Below, one piece after another: positions 37,421-49,500 of a stretch of 64,000 nt of DNA. Every line of letters begins with the position of its first letter. Position 1 is the stretch's first letter. Below the pieces are notes generated by a model, which saw nothing but the letters and a program-made list of their open reading frames with translations, ran no database searches and had not been told where the DNA came from. Location: the NCBI GenBank assembly GCA_002269645.1, contig NIVC01000225.1, forward strand, positions 598,416 to 662,415, read 5' to 3'. The translations under genes were made by a program, and so were the position numbers. Origin of the DNA: Macrostomum lignano. Lineage: Eukaryota.

Positions 37421-39340
37421 GCGGCAACTCGACCCGCGCTCGAAAAGGCTGGCTTGGACCTCCCTTCTTGCACGGTCCTAACCCCGTCTTAGACGGCCCC
37501 TTCGGCATCTGCTGCGTCTTCGACGTCTGGTCTTCCTTCCCCCGGCAGTTCCGGCTTCAGCAGCTAAGTTCCCCCTGAGAAGCATCATCGATATTTCCCG
37601 GCAGTGATCTAAGAGCAGCAACGACAACCGGCAGGTGAAGAGTACCTGCGGCACTCATTAGTTAAGATCAGCAGCAGCATCCCATCCGAGCGCTGCGGTC
37701 TCTGTGGATTCCTTGGCTACCGGCAGTTAGGTCCTCTGATTGGTCGGGTGAGAGGCTTTCTTGACCTGCTTAAATGGGTGCGCCCTTTTTCTGACCCCTT
37801 CCTAGGTAGTCTGATAAGGATTAGCACTTTTGCTTACTTGCTTTTGTGTGCCAAACTCGAGGCAGAAGTGTCAGTCAATATTAAAAGCAGCCATTCGCTC
37901 TGACTCAATCTAAAGCGTCTAGGATTGCGGATTAAGTGAGGAAGTCAAATCTGAAAGTTAAAGGCTTAATGTTTTCTTTCTTTTTTGCAACGCCAGCTTA
38001 GATGAGTGGCTAGATCTAGAGGCAGAGGTCACGGTGGACCGGAAGCGGTGCAGTTCCCAGTCAATCAGTCGTTCTCAGAAATCTTGTTAAGCATGCGAAT
38101 TAAGTGCCAGACTGGCGCTTTCGCGCGGTCTCAGGCAGCTAAACGGCTAAAACGAGATAAATATTAGTCAGAAGGTCTCCAAAAGTAACAATACGTCATC
38201 GCTATCTGTCGACGTGTTAACACATTTAGTGCCAAAAGCGTGCAGTTGCGTGTACTTATACATGTACTTCTGGGAATTTGGTAAAGAAAAAGTACATTTA
38301 GTAGTGTATAGAGGCTCGCCAGCGCAAGAACCCCCTGCAGAAGTCCTCTCTGTCCCTGCATGGCCAATGCGATCTTAGTCCCAGCAGCGTCCCTTCTATT
38401 CGGCTATGACTTCGAGATTTAGACAGCTAAAAGGCACTAGATGGCAGGTAAGTGCAGTGCCCCTCTAGTCGGAAGTCCGATTTCGATAGCTCCGGTTTGG
38501 TGAGCCGTGGCGCACGGACTGGTGGCAGCGGGTTAGTTTATCTGTGGATTAGCTAATCTCTACCTTTCAAATTCTCCCTGCTTGTCTCTCGCTGTCTTCT
38601 CTTAGCTAAAGGACCTTGCTGCTCGCCCACAATCTAGCTACCATGGGGCTGACCATCTGGCAGGAGTGAGAGGCCAGAGTTCTAAGTGATTCATTTCTGA
38701 GTTCTGAGGCCCGAAGCTATAGGCTTAAAAAGGCCGAACCCATCAAGAAAAAATGTAGAAGCTGCAGCTTTATATAAAAGTGCTTTTCGATGAAATTTGG
38801 AGACACAATATAATCTGGAATATTGTACAAATGAAGAGTAGAATAGAAGAAATTGGACAGTTATTAAAGGTTAGTCTTTGGATCCTAAGACTGAAAAACA
38901 AACATGGCCTGGAATTTCTGATAGCTTGATCTGTTGATTTTTTTAGAGACAATGGTGCACTACTGTATGTGTTTAACAATGTACGTCTTCACTCTTTTGA
39001 ATTGGAAAGGTGATGCCTGCATAGTTGAGGCAAGCAAAGATCGTCAGTAATTTAATGATGAAGCAGCAGCTGCAACTAAGGAGAATGCACCTACCTTCAA
39101 CATATTCAGCGATTGATATATAGCTTACTATAGTATAGCACTTTGCAAGCTAGTAGAGACTACGAGCAAGCAATTTAATCCAAGATAGTAAAAAAACAAT
39201 GCATTTTGAGCCTCACTGCTAGTTGTCTATGGTAAAAAGTGTGTCGAACCGGCAGGCAATTTAATCCTTGGAGCACTCATTTAAGCACTGAAATTCATAA
39301 ACAGCGCTGTCTATGCGATTCCAATCTCAGTTTTTTTAAC

Positions 39341-40020
39341 ATGTCAGACGAATGTGACCAAGCCAGCACCATTTTTGAAGACATCGACGGAATCGCTGCC
39401 GAAGATTCCGGAGCGCCACCTGTGCAATATGCTAGGATTAGCGACGAAAAGCACATAGATTGATAATCGACGCTATCGACAGAGGCGATATCAACAGAAG
39501 CATTGCCAGCTTAGCACGTAGGCAAGAATTCGCACAGGCTGCATCGCTGGGGAGGTGATGTAACCTACTGAAGTCTAAACGGACATGTAAAAACTTTTCT
39601 GTCGTGTGTTTCTTTATATGCAGGTTTCGTTAAGTGAACTTTTTTGCTGAACTTTGTTCTACGTCGTAACTTTTTCATATGGAGCTTCCTGGTTGGTTTG
39701 GTTGGAGGCATGCATGAGATAAGAAGAGGAGGAAGAAGAGGTCATGGCTGTTGTCGATGGCTGTGTGCCCGAAGCTACTAAGAAGAAAGCTACTTGGATA
39801 GTCAACACGTTCATGGAATGGCACAACGAAAAGAAGACACAGTGGGCGTCTGGCGAGCAATCTGGACTGATGGTGCTTAAGGAGCTGCATGAGATGAGCA
39901 AATCGGATCTGAACTTTCTGTTAAAGTTCTTTGTAATGGAAGTACGAACGAAAGAGAAACAGAGATACTCCGTCTCGACGTTAAAGGACTTCTATTCTAT
40001 GTTGATATTGTCAGTTCCAA
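39341..40020 (+). pseudogene. Crypton-type (DUF3504-associated) tyrosine-recombinase N-terminal remnant
   Basis: YARISDE ... EEEVMAVVDGCVPEATKKKATWIVNTFMEW...LHEMSKSDLNFLLKFFVMEVRTKEKQRYSVSTLKDFYSML resembles the recalled Crypton/KCTD1/ZMYM core-binding region (T..AV..F.EW..L...L..F..EVR..G..Y...SL). The catalytic domain is absent. Confidence 0.65.
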
Positions 40021-40399
40021 ATAAATCGTTTCTTCGTCCGGGACAAATAAATGCTTCAACACTAGACCATAGACTTATTTGACCAGGACAAGTGGGGGAT
40101 AAACGTACTTCTCTTAGCCCTCGATTTTAGCTTTTGTGTGCCAGCAAGAAGGATTATTCGAATTCAAAGTAGAGCCATGCATTTATATAAGCTTAAAAAC
40201 TAGGGCAGCATTGTCGACTTTCAGTGTCAATGCACTGCAAGGATTGACATGGTAAGCTTCAAAGCTTGCCTCGTTTATGTTGATGATTTTATTGTACAGC
40301 AGGGGTTGGGAAACTTTTTTACAAACAAAGCAAGACAATTACAATCCAGCTCATTGGCTGCGGATTTGATGAAAGTGGCAATGAGACAGAATGGAAGAC

Positions 40400-40900
40400 G
40401 AGACATGATCGAGAAGAGAAGAGATCAGGCAAGAGATGGAATGAGAGAAAAGATAGAAAATAAGATGAAGGAAGAGCGGAAAGAGGAGAATGAGGTGAGA
40501 GAGGACAGAGGTGGGAGAGGGAACGCAAGGAGAGAAAAGAGAGGGGGGAGAAGAGGGGAGAGAGGAGTGAGAATTAAAAAGAGGGGAGAGAGGGGGGAGA
40601 AAGGGAGAGAGGAGAGGGGGAAATAAGGGAAAAGGGAAACGGGAGAGAAGAGAGAGAGGAGTGGGGAGAGGGAGAGGGAGAGGGAAAGGAGAGGGGAGAG
40701 GGGAGAGAGGGGGAGAGGGGAGACGAGAGAGAAAGAAGAAGGTGAAAGTCGAAAGGGGACTGAGATCAAGGAGAAGGGGAGAGATAGGGAGAGAGGAGTG
40801 AGAAGTGAAAATAGGGGAAATAGGGGAGAGGCCGGAGAGGGGAGAGCGAAGAGTAGAGACGAGAGAGGAGGGAGAAGTGGAAAATAGAGGGGAGAGAAAG
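40400..40900. repeat. Purine-rich (GA) low-complexity tract
   Basis: Composition. Confidence 0.85.
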
Positions 40901-42092
40901 GGTGCGTGGCCCGCGGGCCGGAATTTTCCGACCCTTGAAAGGCCATTAAAAGAGCATATAACGCCCATTTAAAGAAAGTACCTTCGGCGACTTAGGAGTG
41001 CAAATCCTAAACTGAATTCCAGCAAGTGCTTCTCCACTAAGATTTCAGTAGTGTACAGTAGCATGCATTCACCCGACTTACATGTACAGTGTATATATGC
41101 AACTAAGACATCGTGGTATACGTACTACATTTGCCGTATATTTTAATGTAGGATACATATATTTGTCAGAGACATCAATAGACGTCGGGAACGCCGGATT
41201 GCTGTAACGGGTATAGTAATTTGAAATTTCGTGGGCGTGCGTGCCGTACATGGGGCTTGAATGCGTGATTCAACGTGCGGGGATTGCATAAAAACCGATC
41301 CAAATACATGGAAACAGAGTGAGAAAACCACAGCCTATGCAAATAAATTACATCAGCAAGGTAAGCACGTGGGTTGCAGGTTACATAAGGTATGCAGGAA
41401 AACGACGGCAAGTTGTTAAAATTTGTGCGTTGAAGTAGCTTTTTTACCATTTTATATTCCATGCATGTATTCCGCCATTGAACATGCATTTATCCAGACG
41501 TGGCGACTAGTAGGGTAGTGAACTAAAACAAAGCATATTATGACAACGTCATAAATAAGAATAATAAACTAATAGATTCAAATTGAAAAAAAACGATTTT
41601 TACATAATCAAATACTAGATTGTGAAGCACTTTTTTCAAATTTTTCGCTTTCTATTTTAATCATTTTCCTGCAAATGTCGCAAAATTTTCTAAATTAATT
41701 GCACCACTCACTCATTGAATCATAACGCCTTGAATTGCGTTTTCTGTCTCAACAATCCAGCGAGTACGTGCTTGAATTCATCAACAATATAAACTTGATT
41801 AAATTTGAATAAGCTATTGCCTAAGATTCGATTTAGCAGATAATATATACAATCGTATAATATAATAGAAAATATTTAGTATAGATGTCTTAAATTTTTT
41901 GTTATTGTTAGGCCTAAATCCAAAGGTATAAACCTATTATTAAATAGGGCCTATAGGTGTTAAACAAGCATTCTAAAATTCTAGCATTCTGGAATCTAGA
42001 ATCTAGGTTATAGTTCTAGCTATATTTCCATTTTCCTGTGTGTTTATGGTTTAAGTGTAGCCTGTAGGCCTTGCCCTAGCCCTAGGCATGTG

Positions 42093-42554
42093 CCACAGTC
42101 AGGAAGGTCACGAAGACAAAGGTGGTAGATTTCACACAAAATTGCGGCGCACACAGGATTTTTTTGGTGCACACGGCGCAAATGGTGCAGAAGAAAATTT
42201 TTATTGTGATTTGTGCATTGTGTGTGCACATACAATGCACAAAACGTCTTACCTAGTAGTACTAGTACAGTCTATACTGTATTAACTTCTTAGTTCACAT
42301 GTAAAAGATGAAACACAATGACAAACTTGCTTTTTAAAATTTATAAATTGGCACAAAAAGGTTTTTGAAATTATGGTAACATTATATGTGTACCTAAAAA
42401 TATTATAACAATCATTGTTTTTTAAACTAAAAGCAAAAAATTAAAAAACATTAAATTATACACGTGAAAGCATAAATTTTTTGGCGCATGGCGCACAGTT
42501 AAAAAATTACAAAGGATTTGTTGCAGCGCACATGGCGTGCCTTCCTGACCATGG
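42093..42554. mobile_element. Possible MITE with imperfect ~19-bp TIRs (core GTCAGGAAGG)
   Basis: ccacagtcaggaaggtcacg versus the reverse complement of cgtgccttcctgaccatgg; internal GCGCAC repeats; TSD unclear. Confidence 0.4.
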
Positions 42555-42931
42555 GGCATATGATATGATACTGATATTAGCCTAGGGCTCGACCTACCTG
42601 CCTACTTTGTTTTATTTTTGAAAAAATTCACTGGCAACTAGGCCTTAGGCTAGCCTAGACATGATTCCTAAATAGGCATAGGCCTAACATTTTTTTTATT
42701 ATTGTTAAAATTAGCCCTATTTCATTCAAGTCATACTCCAAATCATGTAGTTAGTAGTATATGCCCAAAAATTTTGGTGTGCATTGGCCTTGCATGTCAA
42801 AATTAGGTATATATACAGTTTGTATGCATCACTCCTAAGAAAATAGTATGTGTGCACACCTGGTATGCATTTCATAGAATCACACATAATAGTTATTTTA
42901 AAGTAAAAAATGAAAAAAGTTAATTTTTTAA

Positions 42932-44439
42932 GGGCATTTCCGCCAACTAGGCACTAAGGAAAATTACACTTCAACAAACAGAAAATGATGAATTGTAGCT
43001 TAGGCCAGCTAATTGAAGTCAAACAAGGACTTAAACTGAAAAATGCAACCACTTTTGCTCAATTTAAAGCTATTTAAAGATTGTTAATCGCAAAATTAAT
43101 GTTGAATAAACCATTTTAAACTTACGTAGACGCCACTTTTTTGGATGTCCAAACACACAATTTTTAACTTCAACATTGAATAAAAGAGTGAAAAAAACAT
43201 TCTTTATATTAATTCTCTTTGATTCATGAAAAAAACACATTAAACTTTGTTAAAATCATTCCTTTTCGTCACAACACCTGCAAGAAGTCATTGATTTTTG
43301 TCAGTTTTCTTGCTATACCAAAAATTATAAACGGTAAGTTTTTGTATCATTTGTACTCATGTTGTACCCTCTCATTTACTCATAAGGCTTTCAATCTACA
43401 TGTTTTTTAGCTTAAATGAAGGAAAACATCTTTGCAATGATGTATCAGTATATTTTTTAGCAATAGAATTTGCTTAATACATTTTTCTAAGACATTAATT
43501 TTTTTTCGATGTGACATCTTAACCACAAGATTGTACTCATGTTGTACCCAATAATTTTTTAGTGCTTTTTATTAGCTGAAAACGATATATTTATGGATTG
43601 CTGACATACAGAGCTTCACAAAAAGTGGTCTGCTGAACCTTAATCTGTCAAAATACCTTAAATATTAACATTTAAATGTAGTAAGCACACTACTTACACG
43701 AGATGTATTTTCATGTTGTACCCTTTATTTTATTTTTTGCTAGTTTTTTCTCAAAATCAGTCTTACAAGACTATCATTAAGTATAAAAGCTGGAAAATAA
43801 AACAGTTTCACATTAATTTCTTGTTTATTTATCAATAAAAATGTAATTTACATTTTGCACTATAGTATGTAGATATTAATTTACATAGTACTAAATCAAT
43901 TTTCCCCACATTTACTTGTAATATTGCTTCAGAAAAACTTTCTCTAGATTGTGGAAGCATATGCATTTCTTGCTGCTTGCAAAGTTGCACTGGAACTTCT
44001 GAATAATTACGGTGATCGGCTAGTTACTGAAAAGTAAAATTAGAGATTTACGTTCGGTATATCGCGCAGAAGAGAAACATTTTGACAAAGTTAAAAAAAT
44101 ATCGTATGAACTTATGCGCAAAATAACAAAATCTGAATTAAAAAGTTGATTAAAAGCATTAAGAAACAATTAAAAAATTATTGACTGAAAGAAAATTAAT
44201 TATAAGCAAGCAATTATGCCTCAATATAAAATTTTATTCTCCTACGGTATTAATCGTCTTCTTAGATCAGTATAACTTTTATCGGCAACTTTTTATTGTT
44301 ACCAGAGAATTTCTTGTGCTTCTACAAGATAAAAAAAGAAATTTAATAACAAATTCTAGTTAGATTTCCTGTTTTCAACATTTTTCTTCTTCTTTGCACA
44401 CTCGGACACAATTTGTGTCCCTATTTGGCGGAAATGCCC
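42932..44439. mobile_element. Non-autonomous Kolobok-like DNA transposon (TTAA TSD, 5'-GG termini)
   Basis: TTAA|GGGCATTTCCGCCAACTAGGCAC ... GTCCCTATTTGGCGGAAATGCCC|TTAA. Purine-purine termini with TTAA fit Kolobok rather than piggyBac (CC termini). No ORF. Confidence 0.8.
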
Positions 44440-46517
44440 TTAAGCATACCTAAATTTCAAACTTTCCAGTTTTTTCAAGCGTTTAAAAAAGAATTTAAAC
44501 AAATCTTTGCATGTATCAATTTTTTGCTATAAGTAGTATTGCTAAAAAGCATAAAAATCAACCAAATTATCTGCTAATAGGCCTAAGGGTCTATTATGCA
44601 ATTAAAAAAAGTCATTTATTGTCATAACATAAATAAGGTCATTTATTATTGTAACACAGGCATATTTTTAAGAATAGGCATACACTAATTTTTTTGGCAT
44701 GTACTTGTGATTATTCAATTTTTGTTCAGGCATGTACCCAGCATGATTGGGACTATGGTCTATGTATTAGCTAAATTTTGACACTGAATTGAATTGTATA
44801 ATTGTGTTGAGTGTAGAAGCATAAGCATACTACTTCATTTATATTGTGTAACCATATTGCTAATTTTAATAGAGACTAATACTGACTTGCCTAAAAAATT
44901 GATTATGTTACAACTTCTTTGTGTGACTTTTACTCTAACTGACTTGGTGTATATTGAATTATAAGTGCTAAATATTCACTTATAACTTCAATAAAAGCTA
45001 GCCTAGATGTTAATAATATTAGAATCCGGGTGGTATACATGTATGACAGATAATTCTAGCATATAAAAGGACCTAGAATGCACTATTGGCATATAACTTG
45101 GCATATAGCTTGGCATACAAAGATTGCCAAGACAGCAAGTAAAACCATACATGCGCAACAAGTTTGGCATAGTATCCATATACATAGTTAAGTTAGAAAT
45201 GCTAAATTTTGATCAAAAAGCAAGTCCCCTAGCTATTCCTAAGATAAACAAAAGACAATTTAAAAAAATTGTGAATAACTTTTCTAAGAATTGAAAAGTA
45301 AAACAAAAAATAGTTAAAATAAACTAGCTAAGTTTTTTATTGTTTAGTATTAAATCAACCAGTTTTTACTAATCACTTTTTTAACACTAAAAATTTGCAA
45401 GCAATAATTATTATTAATAATTTTTAATTCTTGTTTTGTCAGATTTTTGTGTCTAATTAAAGTATATTGGCATACATGAGCTAGGCAATTTTTGTTCTGG
45501 TATACAATGGTATATGATCCTGACCATAGATCTAGTACATCCTAAAAAGCCAAAAACCTTTGCAACTTTCCTTGTAAAAGTAAGTCTTAGGCCTCAAAAG
45601 CATAAACAAAGGGTCTACAAAATTGTATATTTTTATTATCATTTTTTGTCATAACTAGGCCTAGTTTTTTATAATAAAATAGTAGACATATTTGGCTATC
45701 TTCTAGTTTTGGCACATTTAATTATTTTACAAAAAATGACTTCCTTAGTTACCTAAATTAAATATAGTAAATATTAAGTATATAGATGTGGCTGTGCAAC
45801 TATTTTATGTCTATCTACTAGTTTAAGATGGCTATTGCCTATGTCTACAGCCAAAACCTGCAATCACTCTTTGTTTTTTAAAGAGACCGGGATAAGAGGG
45901 ACTAGGATTCTGAGAGTTTTCTATGTATTCATTGAAAAAAAAATTAAAATTTATTTTACATTAAAATTGCAATGCAAACTTTCAAAAAAAATGAAAATAA
46001 GATTCTTGTTTAAAATTTCAGATACATCTATTATCTAATAATATAAAAAGGTTGGTTAAAATTGAAAAATTAAAAAATATGTTGGCTATATTTTATAATG
46101 AAATTTATGTTAGATTTTACCTTTTGTGTTCAGTTTTACAAATACAAAAGCCTTTTATACACCAATATTTTTATTAACTAATCTTAATATTTATTTATAT
46201 AATTATTATACAATACTTGTAGGCTTTTGCCATTAATACATTTTTAAAGAAATCTAAATATGCTAGTTACTTTTGGGTTATCCTATATAAGCAATGCCAT
46301 GTTAAGCAAAAAGCAATATAGACTTAGGGTAAAGGCATTTTAATATTCAAAATGAGAATCTTATATTAGGCTATAGAATACTTGTATAAAAATAGTTAGT
46401 ATTTGTAGGCATTAGGCTTATTTGATTTTAGAGGTAAGATAAGATCTTGATCTTATAAATGTTGATCGTAACAGAAATATTATTATTTCAGAAATTCATT
46501 ACCAATAAAATAAAACA

Positions 46518-49500
46518 ATGTCAACACCAGATGATAGCAATTCATGCCTTGTCTGCCGAGAAGAATGTCAATACTATGGCATTGGAGAGTGCAATCATAC
46601 AGTCTGCGCAAAATGTGCAATTCGATTAAAAGTAATCTGCAAAGTTGCTGAATGCCCTATCTGTCGGCATAAATCTTCTCAGGTAAAGATTGGTATAGAC
46701 GCTCAAAATATGTGCATTCCAAAGCATATTTAAGCATTTCTATAACTAAGAATCATATTTCCCACTGCCAGATATTGATAACCAAATCGCACAGCAAGTA
46801 CAACTGCTTTCAAATGGACAAATTTATGTCTCTGCCAGACGAAGATTTGCTATTCGAAAATCAAGAAGTGCTGACTTATTACACAGATTTGATCAGCTAC
46901 ACGTGTTCTGACTGTGGCCTGCAATGCAATTCTATGAGCGCTTTGAAACGCCATGTTAACAATGATCACAAGAAGCGATTTTGTCTGATCTGCGTTGAAC
47001 ATTTGAAGGTAATGTTTGTCCAGTGTTTTAATAATGCTTGTCTGTTCAAATTGTCGCCCTCCCAGTGCCATTTATCTAGAAATCGCCCTCGCAGTCCTAT
47101 CTCTCTTTAGAGATCGCCCCCATAGTTCCATTTGTCTTTAGAAATCGCCCTCACAGTACTATATCTCTCTAGAAATTGCCCTCACAGTCCTATCTCTCTC
47201 TAGAAATCGCCCTCACAGTCCTTTCTCTCTCTAGAAATCGCCCTCACAATCCTATCTCTCTCTAGAAATCGCCCTCACAGTCCTATCTCTCTTTAGAGAT
47301 CGCCCCCATAGTTCCATTTGTCTTTAGAAATCGCCCTCACAGTCCTATCTCTCTCTAGAAATCGCCCTCACAGTCCTTTCTCTCTCTAGAAATCGCCCTC
47401 ACAATCCTATCTCTCTCTAGAAATCGCCCTCACAGTCCTATCTCTCTTTAGAGATCGCCCCCATAGTTCCATTTGTCTTTAGAAATCTCCCTCCCAGTCC
47501 CATCTCTCTTTAGAAATCGCCCTCCGAGTCCCATCTCTCTCTCTCTCTCTCTAGAAATCGCCCTCACAGTCCCATCTCTCTCTAGAAATTGCCCTCACAG
47601 TCCTATCTCTCTCTAGAAATCGCCCTCACAGTCCTTTCTCTCTCTAGAAATCGCCCTCACAGTCCTTTCTCTCTCTAGAAATCGCCCTCACAATCCTATC
47701 TCTCTCTAGAAATCGCCCTCACAGTCCTATCTCTCTTTAGAGATCGCCCCCATAGTTCCATTTGTCTTTAGAAATCGCCCTCACAGTCCTATCTCTCTCT
47801 AGAAATCGCCCTCACAGTCCTATCTCTCTTTAGAGATCGCCCCCATAGTTCCATTTGTCTTTAGAAATCTCCCTCCCAGTCCCATCTCTCTTTAGAAATC
47901 GCCCTCCGAGTCCCATCTCTCTCTCTCTCTCTCTAGAAATCGCCCTCACAGTCCCATCTCTCTCTAGAAATTGCCCTCACAGTCCTATCTCTCTCTAGAA
48001 ATCGCCCTCACAGTCCTTTCTCTCTCTAGAAATCGCCCTCACAATCCTATCTCTCTCTAGAAATCGCCCTCACAGTCCTATCTCTCTTTAGAGATCGCCC
48101 CATAGTTCCATTTGTCTTTAGAAATCTCCCTCCCAGTCCCATCTCTCTTTAGAAATCGCCCTCCGAGTCCCATCTCTCTCTCTCTCTCTCTCTCTAGAAA
48201 TCGCCCTCACAGTCCCATCTCTCTCTAGAAATCGCCCTCACAGTCCTTTTTGTCTTTAGAAATCGCCCTCCGAGTCCCATCTCTTGCAAAAATGCCCCGA
48301 CAGCCCCGTATGCCAATATTCAATCTATTCAGCTGTTTCCACGCGAGCACGAGCTATTCGACGATGGCTCACTGTCCGAGCACAAACGCTGGCGAGCCGA
48401 GCGACCCAATCACGGGCATCCGAAGTGTCAGATCTGCCAAGAAAGTTTTTACGACGCCGAATTATGGTATAATCATCTTCGTCGGCAGCATTTTATGTGT
48501 CACATTTGCGAGAATTTGCCAACGCTTGAAAGATTTCATCAGCAGCGCACTGTCTATGGCAATTACGAACAGTTGAATAAGCATTTCATCGCTTCTCACT
48601 ACGTTTGTCAGGAAGGTTAGTGTTTGATTAGGTGTCAGTGATAGGTTGCCAGTTCTGTAGAGTTTAATTAGGATGCCAGTAGGTTCTAATTAGGATGTCA
48701 GTAGGTTCAAATTAGGATGTCCGTAGGTTCTAATTAGGATGTCAGTAGGTTCTAATTAGGATGTCAGTAGGTTCTAATTAGGATGCCAGTAGATTCTAAT
48801 TAGGATGTCAGTAGGTTCTAATTTGGATGTCAGTGGATTCTAATTAGGATGTCAGTAGGTTCTAATTTGGATGTCAGTGGATTCTAATTAGGATGTCAGT
48901 AGGTTCTAATTTGGATGTCAGTGGATTCTAATTAGGATGTCAGTAGGTTCTAATTAGGATGTTGGTAGGTTCTAATTAGGATGTCAGTAGACTCTAATTA
49001 GGATGTCAGTAGATTCTAATTAGGATGTCAGTAGGTTCTAATTAGGATGTCAGTATGTTCTAATTAGGATGTCAGTAGGTTCTAATTAGGATGTCAGTAT
49101 GTTCTAATTAGGATGTCAGTAGGTTCTAATTAGGATGTCAGTAAATTCTACGAAATTGTTTTCGGATTTATAGTTTAGTGTCAGTAGGCCAACTGATTTG
49201 ACTGTCAGTAATCTCCTGCCAAGCAACTAAGCCCGACCGTATTTAACCTATCGAACCCCAGGGCCCTGCCAGTCCGACCAGTTCACCAACGTGTTCGCAA
49301 CCGAGAATGAATTGCGCGCTCACAAAATTAGCCATCACAGCGGCGTTATGGACAAGGCTCTGCTCAGAGAGACTAGACGGCTTGATGTCGATATCAGGTG
49401 AGAGGCTGGACCAGTTGAGTCCTCTTAAATCAGTGGTCGGAAAACTCCGGCTAAACGCCTCTAACCGACCCTCGGGTCCCTTGAAACTTTAAAATAGCCA

